From Ptychodera flava (Eukaryota), in assembly GCF_041260155.1 (NCBI RefSeq), contig NC_091947.1:31834780-31898779 (forward strand): a stretch of DNA of 64,000 bases, in the 5' to 3' direction. The position numbers and the translations under genes were made by a program. The notes beneath the pieces are model-generated. The model had not been told where the DNA came from. It was given only the letters and a program-made list of their open reading frames with translations, and did not search any database. This document shows positions 26,680-37,670 of this stretch, piece after piece; positions within the stretch are counted from its first letter, which is position 1, and every line of letters starts with the position of its first letter.

Positions 26680-26821
26680 CCGCTTGATGCTTGGAGGTTG
26701 TGAAACGTATATGCATTGTAGGTCGTACGCCTTCGGAAGCGTGCTTGCACTTTTTAAAAGAAATTCTTCTTTTTTCTGACAAGCAGACTTACTGGAAATT
26801 ACAGCAGATTTATCTGTGCAG
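26680..26821 (-). CDS. POFUT-like gene copy I, internal exon encoding ...CTDKSAVISSKSACQKKEEFLLKSASTLPKAYDLQCIYVSQPPSIKR
   Basis: The acceptor is ctctacaacaacag| and the donor is AAGCGG|gtaaga at 26680. YDLQCIYVSQPPS resembles the LDAQSVYVATDSE block of O-fucosyltransferases. Copy II carries a 21-bp in-frame insertion in this exon. Confidence 0.5.
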
Positions 26822-27026
26822 CTGTTGTTGTAGAGAAGATCAAAATACCCTTTGATGAGTTGGTTTATCATCGCTAAATATGCTAGCATATAAAATTTAC
26901 TTTTTTCTTTTTTTTCAATAAATCTGTCGTAATATTCTTATACCTTCATATTCACTTTCTAACGATTGACGTCAACCTTACGTCATTCAATTGATCGACA
27001 CTTGTGTTTCTGTCTGTCTGTCTGTC

Positions 27027-27059
<33 letters not shown>

Positions 27060-27701
27060 ATGGACGGCTGAAATTTACAATAAAATTCATAAATTGGCCC
27101 GGAATATGAAGGAATTTGAAACTTTCAGTGCACTATTTCAAACATCTGATGCGGAAGTGCAAGTACTTGATTTTTTTTTAACTTCGGTAATTCTCTGTAC
27201 ACGCGCAGCAGTTATAGAATTAATTACAGACTTGGCTAAATTTTGAAGTTAAGGTAGAATGTGCCTCGGGACTCGGACAGATATTCGAATATCAATTTTT
27301 TATACTAAATTATTCTTTCCTGATCTACATCTTGCGGGGGCTCATTGTAAAGCTCTTGGGAGTCAGAAAAATTTAACCGTCTTAGCTTTGCAAGAACCGA
27401 AATTTTTATTTTTCCTCATAGAGTTAATACAGGGATGGCAGCCATTTTGAATTTCAAATATCGGTAAGTGTTAGGCAATTTGTTTCTCTGGTACCAAACT
27501 TTGTACAGACACCGTTGATTTTTATTCATGAATTGGTTAGAGAATGGTTGAAAGTTTCATCAATCCGGAAAGTTTGAGCAAAATACTTCCTAAGTGTGAA
27601 ACATAACGGCTTCATCAAAGGACTGATGGTGGAAATCGATTCTACAGTACTTCAAATAGGTGAACGACATTAAAAAGATCAAGAGATTTAAAATGACTCA
27701 C

Positions 27702-28230
27702 ATTTCGTCTAGCTTACTTCTCCAATGTACAGCAACAATAGGCCGATTCCCACACATATTTCGGAGAATAGTCCTAGCCACTAGTCTGATTGAGGGCGCC
27801 CTGACAAAATGAACTTCAACAATTTCGTCCAATTCTTCCCCTTTTCAATATCATGTAGTTGAAGTCTAGGGGTTGGTACATTCCAAAACACTCCTGACGC
27901 TGGCTCAGCAATATTTTTCTGACTGTATCCACTTGGCTTTTTGATACAGATTCTGTATCGGGTGCATTGACACTGAAAATGTCTAATATCTGTTGGCGCT
28001 CTTTTGCGTATGACGATTCATGACTGTCCATGTTTGGGACTGTCGGTTCAAAATGCGGAGCACGAACGACAATTTCCAGGTTGTAGTTGCATCTCAGCTG
28101 GAAATCCTCAATGGTGGCGACTGGCAGTATGTTTTGCAAACTCTCCACACTGTATGTCTCGTTGAACGGCACGACACTGGCAGCCGTACCCTCAGAGTCA
28201 TCGACGAACGGGACGAGGACAATAGTTCTG
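27702..28230 (-). pseudogene. POFUT-like gene copy I, large exon containing the NRTIVLVPF and HWRSKLDE (HxRxxD-type) motifs, with two 1-bp deletions relative to copy II
   Basis: The translation reads ...LNRTIVLVPFVDDSEGTAASVVPFNETYSVESLQ...FEPTVPNMDSHESSYAKERQQILDIF...QPLDFNYM, is then frameshifted, and restores in another frame as ...RPIVAVHWRSKLDE before the donor AAAT|GTGAGT at 27702. The deletions lie in A and G homopolymers near 27830-27850. The upstream exon boundary is not resolved. Confidence 0.45.
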
Positions 28231-28559
28231 TTCAGAACAATGCAAACTTGACAGCAACTTGAAAACTTAATAGTAACACATATAGTGCGTATACTACATG
28301 AAAAGTATAAGATTTCCGGGGTTGTTGTAGATGAAGATGTATTTTGTTTTAAAAGTTTGACGACTCGAAGATCAAAATAAAAACAGGTCTATAATTAGGA
28401 AGGGATGAAGTACGCTGAAACATAACTGTGTTTTTGTTTGGGAAATGACCGTTTTGTTGTTTAATTTGACACTGCAAAATTAATTTCGTACAGTTCAATC
28501 ACGCATCCTTGCTCAACTAAATAATTTATTTGAGTCAGTTTTGTTGATGACATTACAAT

Positions 28560-28706
28560 GTCACTCGCCTCCCGCGAATTGTTCAGTCTTTTGGCTATTT
28601 GACTCAGCGTTGTAAAATATTGCGACACATGTACAGGGTTGTATATAAATCTGCTGACATGGCTGCTTCTGATGACGGGTTTGCTTTCACTGATTCTTGG
28701 GGACAA
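28560..28706 (-). CDS. Candidate upstream exon of the POFUT-like gene, encoding ...KPVIRSSHVSRFIYNPVHVSQYFTTLSQIAKRLNNSREASDI
   Basis: It resembles O-FucT motif I, which reads GRFGNQ...HFLGSLAFAKLLNRT. A possible donor GACATT|gtaatg lies at about 28573. The exon limits and its phase relative to the next exon were not resolved. Confidence 0.3.
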
Positions 28707-30431
28707 TGTTTCAGATGAGTTTCACTTCATCAGCTATCTTGTTGTACTTCCAGCAACTTTCGACGTATCACTTTCTTTGTAAATATGCAGAGTGTCTATA
28801 ATTGGCAGTCATGCCCACAGGCGTCTGTCACATAAGGAAGGTGACTCAAAAGTTGGCGATACTTGTTCACTCAATACAAATGCGAAAGAGAAAGGGCGAC
28901 CTAACAATCAATATACACAGTGTCAGTCATTTTTGCATTGGTGTGGGAATATATTCTCATACGGTAAAAACACTCCTGCACAATACCAAGAGAGTGTATA
29001 GAACAACCCTATTGATAGCATCGACAACAAATTACACGGATTTGCATCTTTGCTTTCAGGCAGACTATTATCATGGAAACGTGTCTAAAACATCGCAACC
29101 CCTGAGAAATTTGATGGTCACAATATTCGACATATCTTCCTATTAAAGGTCAATCAATGAATCGTTGTTTGAGTAAGTTTTGGAGCCACGAAGAACAAGG
29201 TAGAACTGAGAAACAATCACTTACTCGTTGTGAGGAAAAATCACTGCTGAATTGAGGGATTCTGTCAATGCAATCATTCATGGGTGATTGTGTTGTGTTT
29301 CTGGTGTGTCTTACAGTCTGCAATTACTCAATGATTTGGTGTTTTTACATGTAGACTCTGAAAGTTATGGACGTGTTCCGTTTCCTGTAAATAACTTCAG
29401 GATTAGAGCAGAAATCCCGCTATTATTCCCAAAATTCAGCAGAGCTATAAAAAATGTAATGTGAATAAGAGTGTATTGTCAAAAGACATGAATCAGTGAT
29501 ATGTGAAAACATGCCTGGATATTTTATTGCTCTTGAATACAATTGTAGAATTAAAAATTGTAGAATTAAAATAACAAGTTACAGCGCAGGAAACTTTTCA
29601 ACAATTACAATGTACATAAAACTGAAAATGTGCCATAGAGGGCACTCTTGCTTTCACCGCCACATACAAGTGATGTCGTGTCATTTTGAGATGCCAGGCA
29701 AAATGATATATTGTGCAAATAACAACATATTTAACCAAGTGTTGCGACACTGTGAGCGTTGTTTCGAATTTTTGTTGCTAGCAAGTTAATCCATATGCAC
29801 ATCTTTTACAAGTTTGGTGAGAGAAAACAAAAATCAAATTCAAGTATATGTTAGAATACAATGATGGTGACAGATTATCTGAAGCCCTTGGAGCAATATT
29901 TGCCACCAAGAGTCCATGGTTGAAGACTACAACAGATGAAAAATATTTCATTTTAAATGAGTAATACTGAAACTTGCGATGACATTAGCGTTATTTTCAT
30001 TCTAGAAAACGAGTATATTTTTTTATTTTCTCCGTAAAGTATTAGTGGTGAAATGGAAATTATTAGCCTTGTAAGCACAATGGATTGAGCATGATGTGCC
30101 ATGTTGTGTTGACAAATGAGTTGGGAATGTGTCTGGACTAAACTTCAGTCATCAAAAATAAAATTTGAAATTGCACACATACAGGGTAAGGCTGTGTTGA
30201 GAAATTTAAGACATCTCATATTATTTAGCGGTTAAAACAAAATATTTCTATAAAAGTAAAACAAAAATAATGAAAAAGACACAAATAGTTACAGCTCAAG
30301 CTTATGTAAGAAGCTTTTGATATGTGCAAGATATGTTGATTATCCTAAGTTTGAATGGTAATACTACAATATGACATTGGAGACTAACTGAATAATGTGG
30401 TAACAACTTGATCCCATCGGTCTGCCGTCAA

Positions 30432-30494
30432 TTACTTATTTTTAGCAATTGTGGCACGCAGCTTTTCTTCACTAGCACCACTGAAGCGTTCCAA
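30432..30494 (-). CDS. TXN: Thioredoxin, last coding exon: LERFSGASEEKLRATIAKNK followed by a stop
   Basis: The acceptor is ttatttgcag|TTGGAACGC and the stop TAA is at 30432-30434. This matches the thioredoxin C-terminus ...GEFSGANKEKLEATI. Confidence 0.85.
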   Translation of the reverse strand: MERFSGASEEKLRATIAKNK

Positions 30495-31280
30495 CTGCAA
30501 ATAAAGATAGGCCAATAAGTTTAGAGATTTCTTGTAAAAGTGTAATACCATTTGTGTGGGCTTGATAGTAATGTTCTAGTTGCAGAACAGAGCAACTAAC
30601 ACAATATGAAGTAAGAGAGATTTATCAGACTGTTGTTCAAAGGTAGTATGCGCCTCGAAAGTGAAAGACTTCAACTTTGCTCAAGCATTCCTCAAGGAAT
30701 AGTTCAACCATTCTCTTTCAAAATCACAAAGAGAAATTAGGGGTCATTGTACAAATTTTGGTACAAGAGAAACAAATTACTCAAGATTTATGGATGTTTA
30801 TAATTCAAAATGGCCGCCATCCCTGTGTTCACTCTATGGAGAAGGATAAAATTTCGATTTTTCGAAAAAACTAAAATGGTGAAAAGTTTTCTTACATAAC
30901 TAGTGGTATATAAGAAAAGAATGTAAAAGTTTGACTGAATACCCGTCCCTGAGGCGCATTCTACCTTAAATTGGTGGGTATATTTGTAATTTGCTGGCCT
31001 AGTGATTAACCATAACTTCAAGCACTGTCTAGTGAAAGAGCTGAATGTTTTGGAATAGAAGGTGTTATGGTTTAGCTACATAGATACACCTGAGATGAAG
31101 AAGGGGATAACTTGTTATATGTGAAAGATGGCGAACAGTGGGAGATGGTATGTTCAGGGATGAAAGATATCTGGAGTGAGAGAGAACAGATAGGAGTAGA
31201 GTGACTGAAACTATACATGAAGCTGGTTAAAATGGTGGAACAGTGTCGCCAAAAACAACAAACTTAATTCACATCCTTAC

Positions 31281-31346
31281 CTCTTTTCCATTTTTGAAGA
31301 ACACAAATGTCGGCATTGCAGAAATGTTGTATGTTTCGGCAGTTTC
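31281..31346 (-). CDS. TXN: Thioredoxin coding exon: ETAETYNISAMPTFVFFKNGKE
   Basis: The acceptor is aattgtag|GAAACT and the donor is AAAGAG|gtaagg. This is the conserved CMPTFxFFKxGxK block of thioredoxins. Confidence 0.85.
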
Positions 31347-31616
31347 CTACAATTTGGAAATCAAGAAGAAAATGATTTAGGTTTAATATGGCTGTATGTG
31401 AAAGCAATCTTCAAGATTAATTTGAAATGTGAAGGGCAGGCAAGAACGAAATTTATTCGCAATCCCTAGTGTTTTAAGATGTTTGTGCCTTTCTATTAAA
31501 AACATGTCATTTGTTAGTTAAATGCAAACAATGACTAAGATAATAAATCATTTTTAAACAATCCCACCATACATGAAATCTAATGGCTGTGATCTTATAA
31601 GCGATAACATTCTTAC

Positions 31617-31676
31617 CGAATTGTCGTCAACATCCACCTTCAAAAATACAACATCTGTTATTTCATCGGAAAGTGC
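31617..31676 (-). CDS. TXN: Thioredoxin coding exon: ALSDEITDVVFLKVDVDDNS
   Basis: The acceptor is tttatttcag|GCACTT and the donor is AATTCG|gtaaga. It matches [20 protein letters not shown]. Confidence 0.85.
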
Positions 31677-32287
31677 CTGAAATAAATAAGAATATCACTC
31701 TGTAAAATCTGTGAACTCTTTCTGATAAGTATGTGTAATATTGAATATTTAATTTATACAAGCACAGCCATGTGCAAGACACACAAACAAGTATATGTGT
31801 AAATGTACATCAATTTGTTCCTATGTGGCCGTGTACACACATACATATGTATATGAGATGATGTACTTGAAAGCAATTTCCTGCAGAGCTATTGCGGTGC
31901 TCACTAAAATGGACAGCTGTGATGTGGTATTTTTCAGCAGTCACCATTCAGTTTAGCTAATACAACCCAGAAAGCATGTACATATTTCTCAAATATTTTA
32001 ATCCCATTGGTTATTGTCCCTCTTTGGTTTTCATTGGATCACTTGGCTTAAACACGTACTTGAGGAATAAGGAATTATGATAGAATATCCCTGTCGGATA
32101 CAAGTGTCAACTAAAACTTTCATTTGATAATTATATTCTTGTAGATTTGTATTTAGAAACACATTCACAAATAAAACAATCCTTTTGATACTTATTTTGC
32201 TAATGACATGACAACGACAACAAAGGAAAATGTCAACAGTGTAAGCTAGCCCTTGCGGTATTGCAGTCATCATGAAAGATACCTTAC

Positions 32288-32392
32288 CTCGAACTTGGGT
32301 CCGATGGATTGACAAGGCGGGCACCATGCTGCGGTGAAATCAACAGTAACCAGTTTCGAACCAGCATTTTTCAATTCAGCATCAAAGGCATC
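32288..32392 (-). CDS. TXN: Thioredoxin coding exon [35 protein letters not shown], carrying the active site as WCPPC
   Basis: The acceptor is cattcccacag|GATGCC and the donor is TTCGAG|gtaagg. It matches ...[32 protein letters not shown]. The short 5' exon of about 8 aa (MVKxIxSK-like) was not found and may lie upstream of the transposon at 32620-37670. Confidence 0.85.
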
Positions 32393-32619
32393 CTGTGGGA
32401 ATGACAGAATGTACATTTTTCGTCAGGAAAACTTTGGATTAGTGGAGAATTAGTGAACACCGGGGAATATCGCCCTCTTCGTTGACACCGGACATTCAAA
32501 CCATGGAGGTACTACTACCGCTATGTTCAAACCACAGGTTCCTGAAGTTAGTGTAGTGTAGTGTAGTGTACATAGAGAGAACTACACTGGCAACTCCAGG
32601 AACCTGTGGTTCAAACTAA

Positions 32620-35600
32620 GGGACTGGACGTAAATTAGCAGGGGGGGCCGGGGGGATTTCGCAAGAGAGTGGAGAAAACAATCATGACCCTCCCCCAAAA
32701 TTTAGTCCAAAAATTTATGACCCTCCCCAAAGCAAGGCTGAAAAATCTGTGACCCTCCCCCACTTTCAAAAAAAAGAATATTACAAATTGATCGAATCTT
32801 CGACGTTTAGAAAGTGAGGTGGATATTTACAACACAGGGCAATATGGATGGACACCAGCAAAGGATGCCTGCAAATTTTTTACTTGCTTCTGCTTGTGAC
32901 AAGAACAAGTTTAGATTTGGGTGTCAGCCTTAACCCAAGAATACTTTCTATGACTCGGTGTCAGTCACATTTGATCAGCATGGGTAAAACTAATCTTGTA
33001 GACAAAAATCTGGATAATTCTATGCTACAGATTTTCCAGTACTTTTAATAAAAGGGAAACCCCTGATTTCTCTGCCTACACAATATGCATTCCAGTTGTT
33101 ATGATAATGGTTTAATATACTGTTTAACTCTTACACTGTTTAAACTTAGTAAACCAATCACCAGATAAATGAGTACTGGTATTCTTGTTTCCAGTGTGGT
33201 ATGGGTGGGTTGTTCTGGGAACACCATAGGACAAACTATATGATTAAATTAATTCATTGTTTGATTTTTTGCACAAGTTTGATGAAATGCTCGATTTTCC
33301 ATTTTGTCAGCACACTTGTAAATGTGATACAAGCCACAAAAAAACCAGTTTTAAGACTTCACTGGACACAAAATATGACACCACTGCTCAAGTGTCATCA
33401 GGCTAGGCTGACAAACTGAATCGATAACATATCATGCTAAAATACAGCAGCTAATACTGAAAAATTCTGAAAATAATATTCAGTTCTGTCCTCTTTTACT
33501 GCATATAATTTGTTTAAAATTCCTCGACAGGTCTTTTGCAGTCCCTTTAACAAACTTGTGGTACAGCGCACGTTTGTTTCAGCAAACTCAGACAATTGCC
33601 AGGTCAGAGTTGTGACAGCAAGTCTGAACACACATTTAGAGTACTGTAAAGTGTTGGGTCTGATATCCTTGTTCAATCATACATCTAAATTAATTTTACC
33701 ATTTATAAATTTTCTATAGTAAAAATGAAACCATTTTTCCTGGTAAAATTCTGAAATCTTATGAATTTATATAACTCTGACCTGCAAAGTAAACAACAAC
33801 AAAACCAACAACACCTTGTCCATACACCATTGTTTCAAATTACAGTGACTGACAGGCAAAAATAACAAAACAGCAAACATGGAATTTAGCCATTTTCATT
33901 GGCCATTAAAGGGACAAAGCCACTCATTTTTGACAAAAGTTTGGTCATTTTAATTTCTGTTGAATACATATGCTTTTCTGCTGCTCACTGAAATGGTTCA
34001 ATCGGAATCTCTGGTTGTCACAGCTCAACTCATGTGCATGCATATATATAACATGTGATCACTTAATGATTTATGTACCAAAAATTGTAACATTGTAAAT
34101 TTCACATGTTAATATGTCTTATAAAAAGGTGACAATTGAATTGCAATTGCAATAACCAGAGAGTGAGCATATTTCAGTGAGAATGATCTGTCAAAAGAAA
34201 TTTAAATGGCAAAATAATGTCAAAAATGAGCAACTTTGTCCCTTTAACTTGGATATCTAGTACAGATTCTTTTAATTCAAGTGTCAAGCTAGCAGCATGA
34301 CCATTGCACTGTTGAAGTATTAAAATGCTTGCAATGAATATTTTTATAATTGGTGCATTGACAAGATAGTACTGTAAAATGTTGACAAAAATAGCTTTGT
34401 CCAAAGTATCATAATATTAGCCATTCCTGAACAGGATATAAGATTAAATCACCATGTGAACTCACAAATATTTCAAATAGGAAAGTGCAGTCTTCTGCTG
34501 AGTCCTGAATCATGTACCGGTATGTTGTACACCATGGACGTAGACACTAAGCATAGCATAATGTGAAAAAACTTAAAGTCTTGGTACTAGATGACTGCTA
34601 AACAAGATCGGTAGTCTGCTTGTTTCAAAGCTATTTAAAAACTTTCTTCTGGACCTATTTCACATCATACTCGACCCCCTGGACTTGACCTGCAAACTTG
34701 GTTCGTAAATTGTATTCAGCTGGAAAATGACAATAATCAGAGATTCGTCATATTTGTCAAATTTCACTCATGACAATTATTTCTGTCCGTTTTTCCTGAC
34801 TGTCAAAATTGATTGAGGTCTTAGTATTGCAAGTACTTAATTTAATGATGATTTTCATAAATATGTTTCACTTACAACTGGACTGAATTGTCACTACTTC
34901 CAAGTGTGACTGTGAACATCATTCTAAAAATATTCAAAAAACTTCCACACAGTCAACTTTCTACAAGTCTGTTCACGAGTGTCGTGCTGTACCATCAAGT
35001 TCTCAGGACGCACACTATACATTTATAAAGGTCTGTATGTTTAAATGATTGGTTTATGAAAAATATATTAAGGATCAGAAGGATGTTGATATTACAATTT
35101 ACAAGTCTCGGTGTTGTTTTCCCAAGCAGGAGCGTATCAGTATCACCATGGAGCTACCACACTCTTTTGGTAGTTACATGGTATCACTCCTTGGTTTATG
35201 TAGCTGCAGTTGCAAAGCTGAAGGTTTTGCCTTTTTCAAGTTTTATAGCTTTTAGTTTTTAGTTTTAGTGTTAAGGTTTGATCAAGTTTACGTCCTACCT
35301 AAACACCAGTCCAAAAATTTAGGTACAACGGCAATATTGCCCTACGCTAGGAGGATATGTGTACCACTGTCGAAACGCGAAGGCTACTGAACCGGAAGAG
35401 CTCTCTCTACTGAGTACATAAGCCTTCGCGTAGCGACCTGGTTGCACCTGTGTGTGACGAGTATGCCGTTGTTGGAGGCAATCAAAGCAGCCAATAGCTG
35501 AAAACTCTTACTATTCTCGTAGGGCTTAGACTGCTACACCAAGTCAATGGCATATATCATGTAAAGTAGGCAGTAAATATGGGCCCTTTCACATTGGTTT

Positions 35601-37670
35601 TGAACTGCACATGTGGAATTTTATGATTCAACAGACTGTCCAATAATTCCAATAATGAATGCCAAAATTGGCTCATAATGGACTAGAGCACACTTACACT
35701 CCATTAAGAGTGATTGTAATAAATAATGTTCTTCACATGTTTTCTTTTATATTGATGCACATGTGCCTGCCATTTTTTTTTAGTAATTATAATTTAACAT
35801 TTATAAAAATATCAGTGAAATTCATAATTTTGGAATGAATCACATTGACAATTGAGGGAATATTGGAAACACAATGTGACACTGATCTCCACAACAATGT
35901 TATATGGTCATGTACAATGTATTGAGCAGTTCAATCTCTACATGGGGAGGAAATATGGGAAAGTATGTTTAAAATGTGTTCCTGGTACAGATATAGAACT
36001 ACATGTGTGTTTGCATGACCCCATTATTCACAGATTTTTTATGTAATCCAGATAGACCTGTGTAGTCAGAGAACTGGAAAATAACTGTACATGTGCTCAT
36101 TGCACTCATAGCAAATCCAGTTTTACAAAATGTACTATGTCTTCCAGTAGACAATGAGATGTTTTGGTCATGTTGCCCTGTTTTGGGGGAGAGGTTGCTT
36201 GTTCAAGCAATAATTTAAACGAATAATTCAAAGTACGGTCATAGATTGAATGCTATAGTATGAAATTATGGTGTTTTAACATTGACAATCTTTGCAAATT
36301 TGCAGAGCGCAAAGTTTTGGTGCCTTGTTTCTTTGCATTTTAAACATATCACAGAAAACAGCCTAGATAATAGGGGATAGACTGATCCAGATTTGACACA
36401 GAAGAGGCCAACACTATTTCAATCAAGTCTTCATATTCTGAAATGACATTAGGTAGGGTATATTGCTTTTTAGTACATGTTGCATCAAGATTCTCAGAAA
36501 AGGGATTTAACCATATGTAATCAAGATCAATCTTGGTTTTTCAGAGTAGATATTATCTTTTGAATGGATGTAGCATATTTTTTTAAGTTTGTGTTGTGAA
36601 ATTATGATATAAGATACTTGTATAGACCTAAAGATTTTATTTGTCTAATTTATGCACAGATTACACCAAAAAAGACAATAATTTGTAAGACTTTAAATTT
36701 TTTTCAATACTTTTGTTTATTCACTGTATATATTACCCACATTAAATTTCAACAGATGTCATATATCCTGCCATCACAACACAAATGAACACACTCCATT
36801 CCAAAGATAGTACCCGTGTGGTAAAGCCACAAGTAGCCATACCAATCAGATGACTTTAAGTATACTAAAATCACTTTTCTGGAATCAAAATTATTAATTA
36901 TTACACCAAAGCTTGCGCTTAATTTCAAACAATAGTACATGTATCTCTAAAAACTAAAAATTCATGTACCTAAAAAGTGACTGATGCAGGGAAGTGGCTT
37001 ATGCAAGAGAGGTAACTTTTGTTGATCAACAAAAAGTGGAATGAGAAATAATATTGTCAAATAGTTAGGTTCAAGATTGACTACATCAGTAGAACAATGT
37101 AAGATATTGTGGTAATATCCTGCAGTGTTTTTGTTAAGTATGGTACCTAGGTAAATGTTACTGGGTTCTCCAGTCATTTTACCAGGGTTACCCTTGGTAT
37201 ATCAGTGCAGTCATATTAGCGGACAACATAAATTTTACCAGGGTTCCCAATGTTCCCCAACCTTAGCAAAAACACTGTCCAGTGTTTATTAACAAAACAC
37301 ACTACATGTACACTGTGCAGCCAGAATACCACGACTCATTCCCTTTTATTGTGGGTTAGCTGAGGAACAAAAGATTGGATTTGCTATAAGCTTAATGGCG
37401 ATAAGAATAGCAACAAGAGAGACAATCCGGTTAAATAATGGTGGGGAAGAGATTCACAGAGTGTTGTGAATGAGCATTTAATAGAAAGTAAGAGGCAGAG
37501 TGCGAGTGATGTCATGTGAGCATATTGTCTTTACAAACAATTTGTTTTCTACTTTAGTGCACCGAAAACATGCCAAAAAAATTGTGACCCTCCCCCAAAC
37601 AGAGGTTCAAAAATTTGTGACCCTCCCTCTAATCCCCCGGCCCTCCCCCCGCTAATTTACGTCCCGTACC
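32620..37670. mobile_element. 5.05-kb PIF/Harbinger-like element with no ORF, G-run TIRs and a TAA target-site duplication, lying immediately 5' of the thioredoxin exon block
   Basis: The left end is GGGACTGGACGTAAATTAGCAGGGGGGGCCGGGGGGATT. The right end reverse-complemented is GGTACGGGACGTAAATTAGCGGGGGGAGGGCCGGGGGATT. TAA lies at 32617-32619 and 37671-37673. Subterminal repeats of the form GTGACCCTCCCCC occur at both ends. The interior is AT-rich with no ORF above about 80 aa. Confidence 0.7.

Larger units (their letters stand above)
18880..28260. repeat. Segmental duplication copy I, ordered repeat E, repeat F, E', F' and then the POFUT-like gene 3' region; paralogous to 52203-64000
   Basis: The correspondences are E 18880-20240 with 52205-53636, F 20584-22745 with 55016-57180, E' 23170-23880 with 57600-58165, F' 23880-24350 with 59590-60230, and 24350-28187 with 60230-64000. 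The copies are about 93-97% identical and differ by three transposon insertions or deletions. Confidence 0.8.

Noticed and set aside
32394-32430. An in-frame ATG (MYILSFPQ-) directly upstream of the first recognised thioredoxin exon, as an alternative unspliced start
   Set aside because: The exon is preceded by a strong acceptor (cattcccacag|). The canonical N-terminus would be missing, though this cannot be excluded without transcripts.
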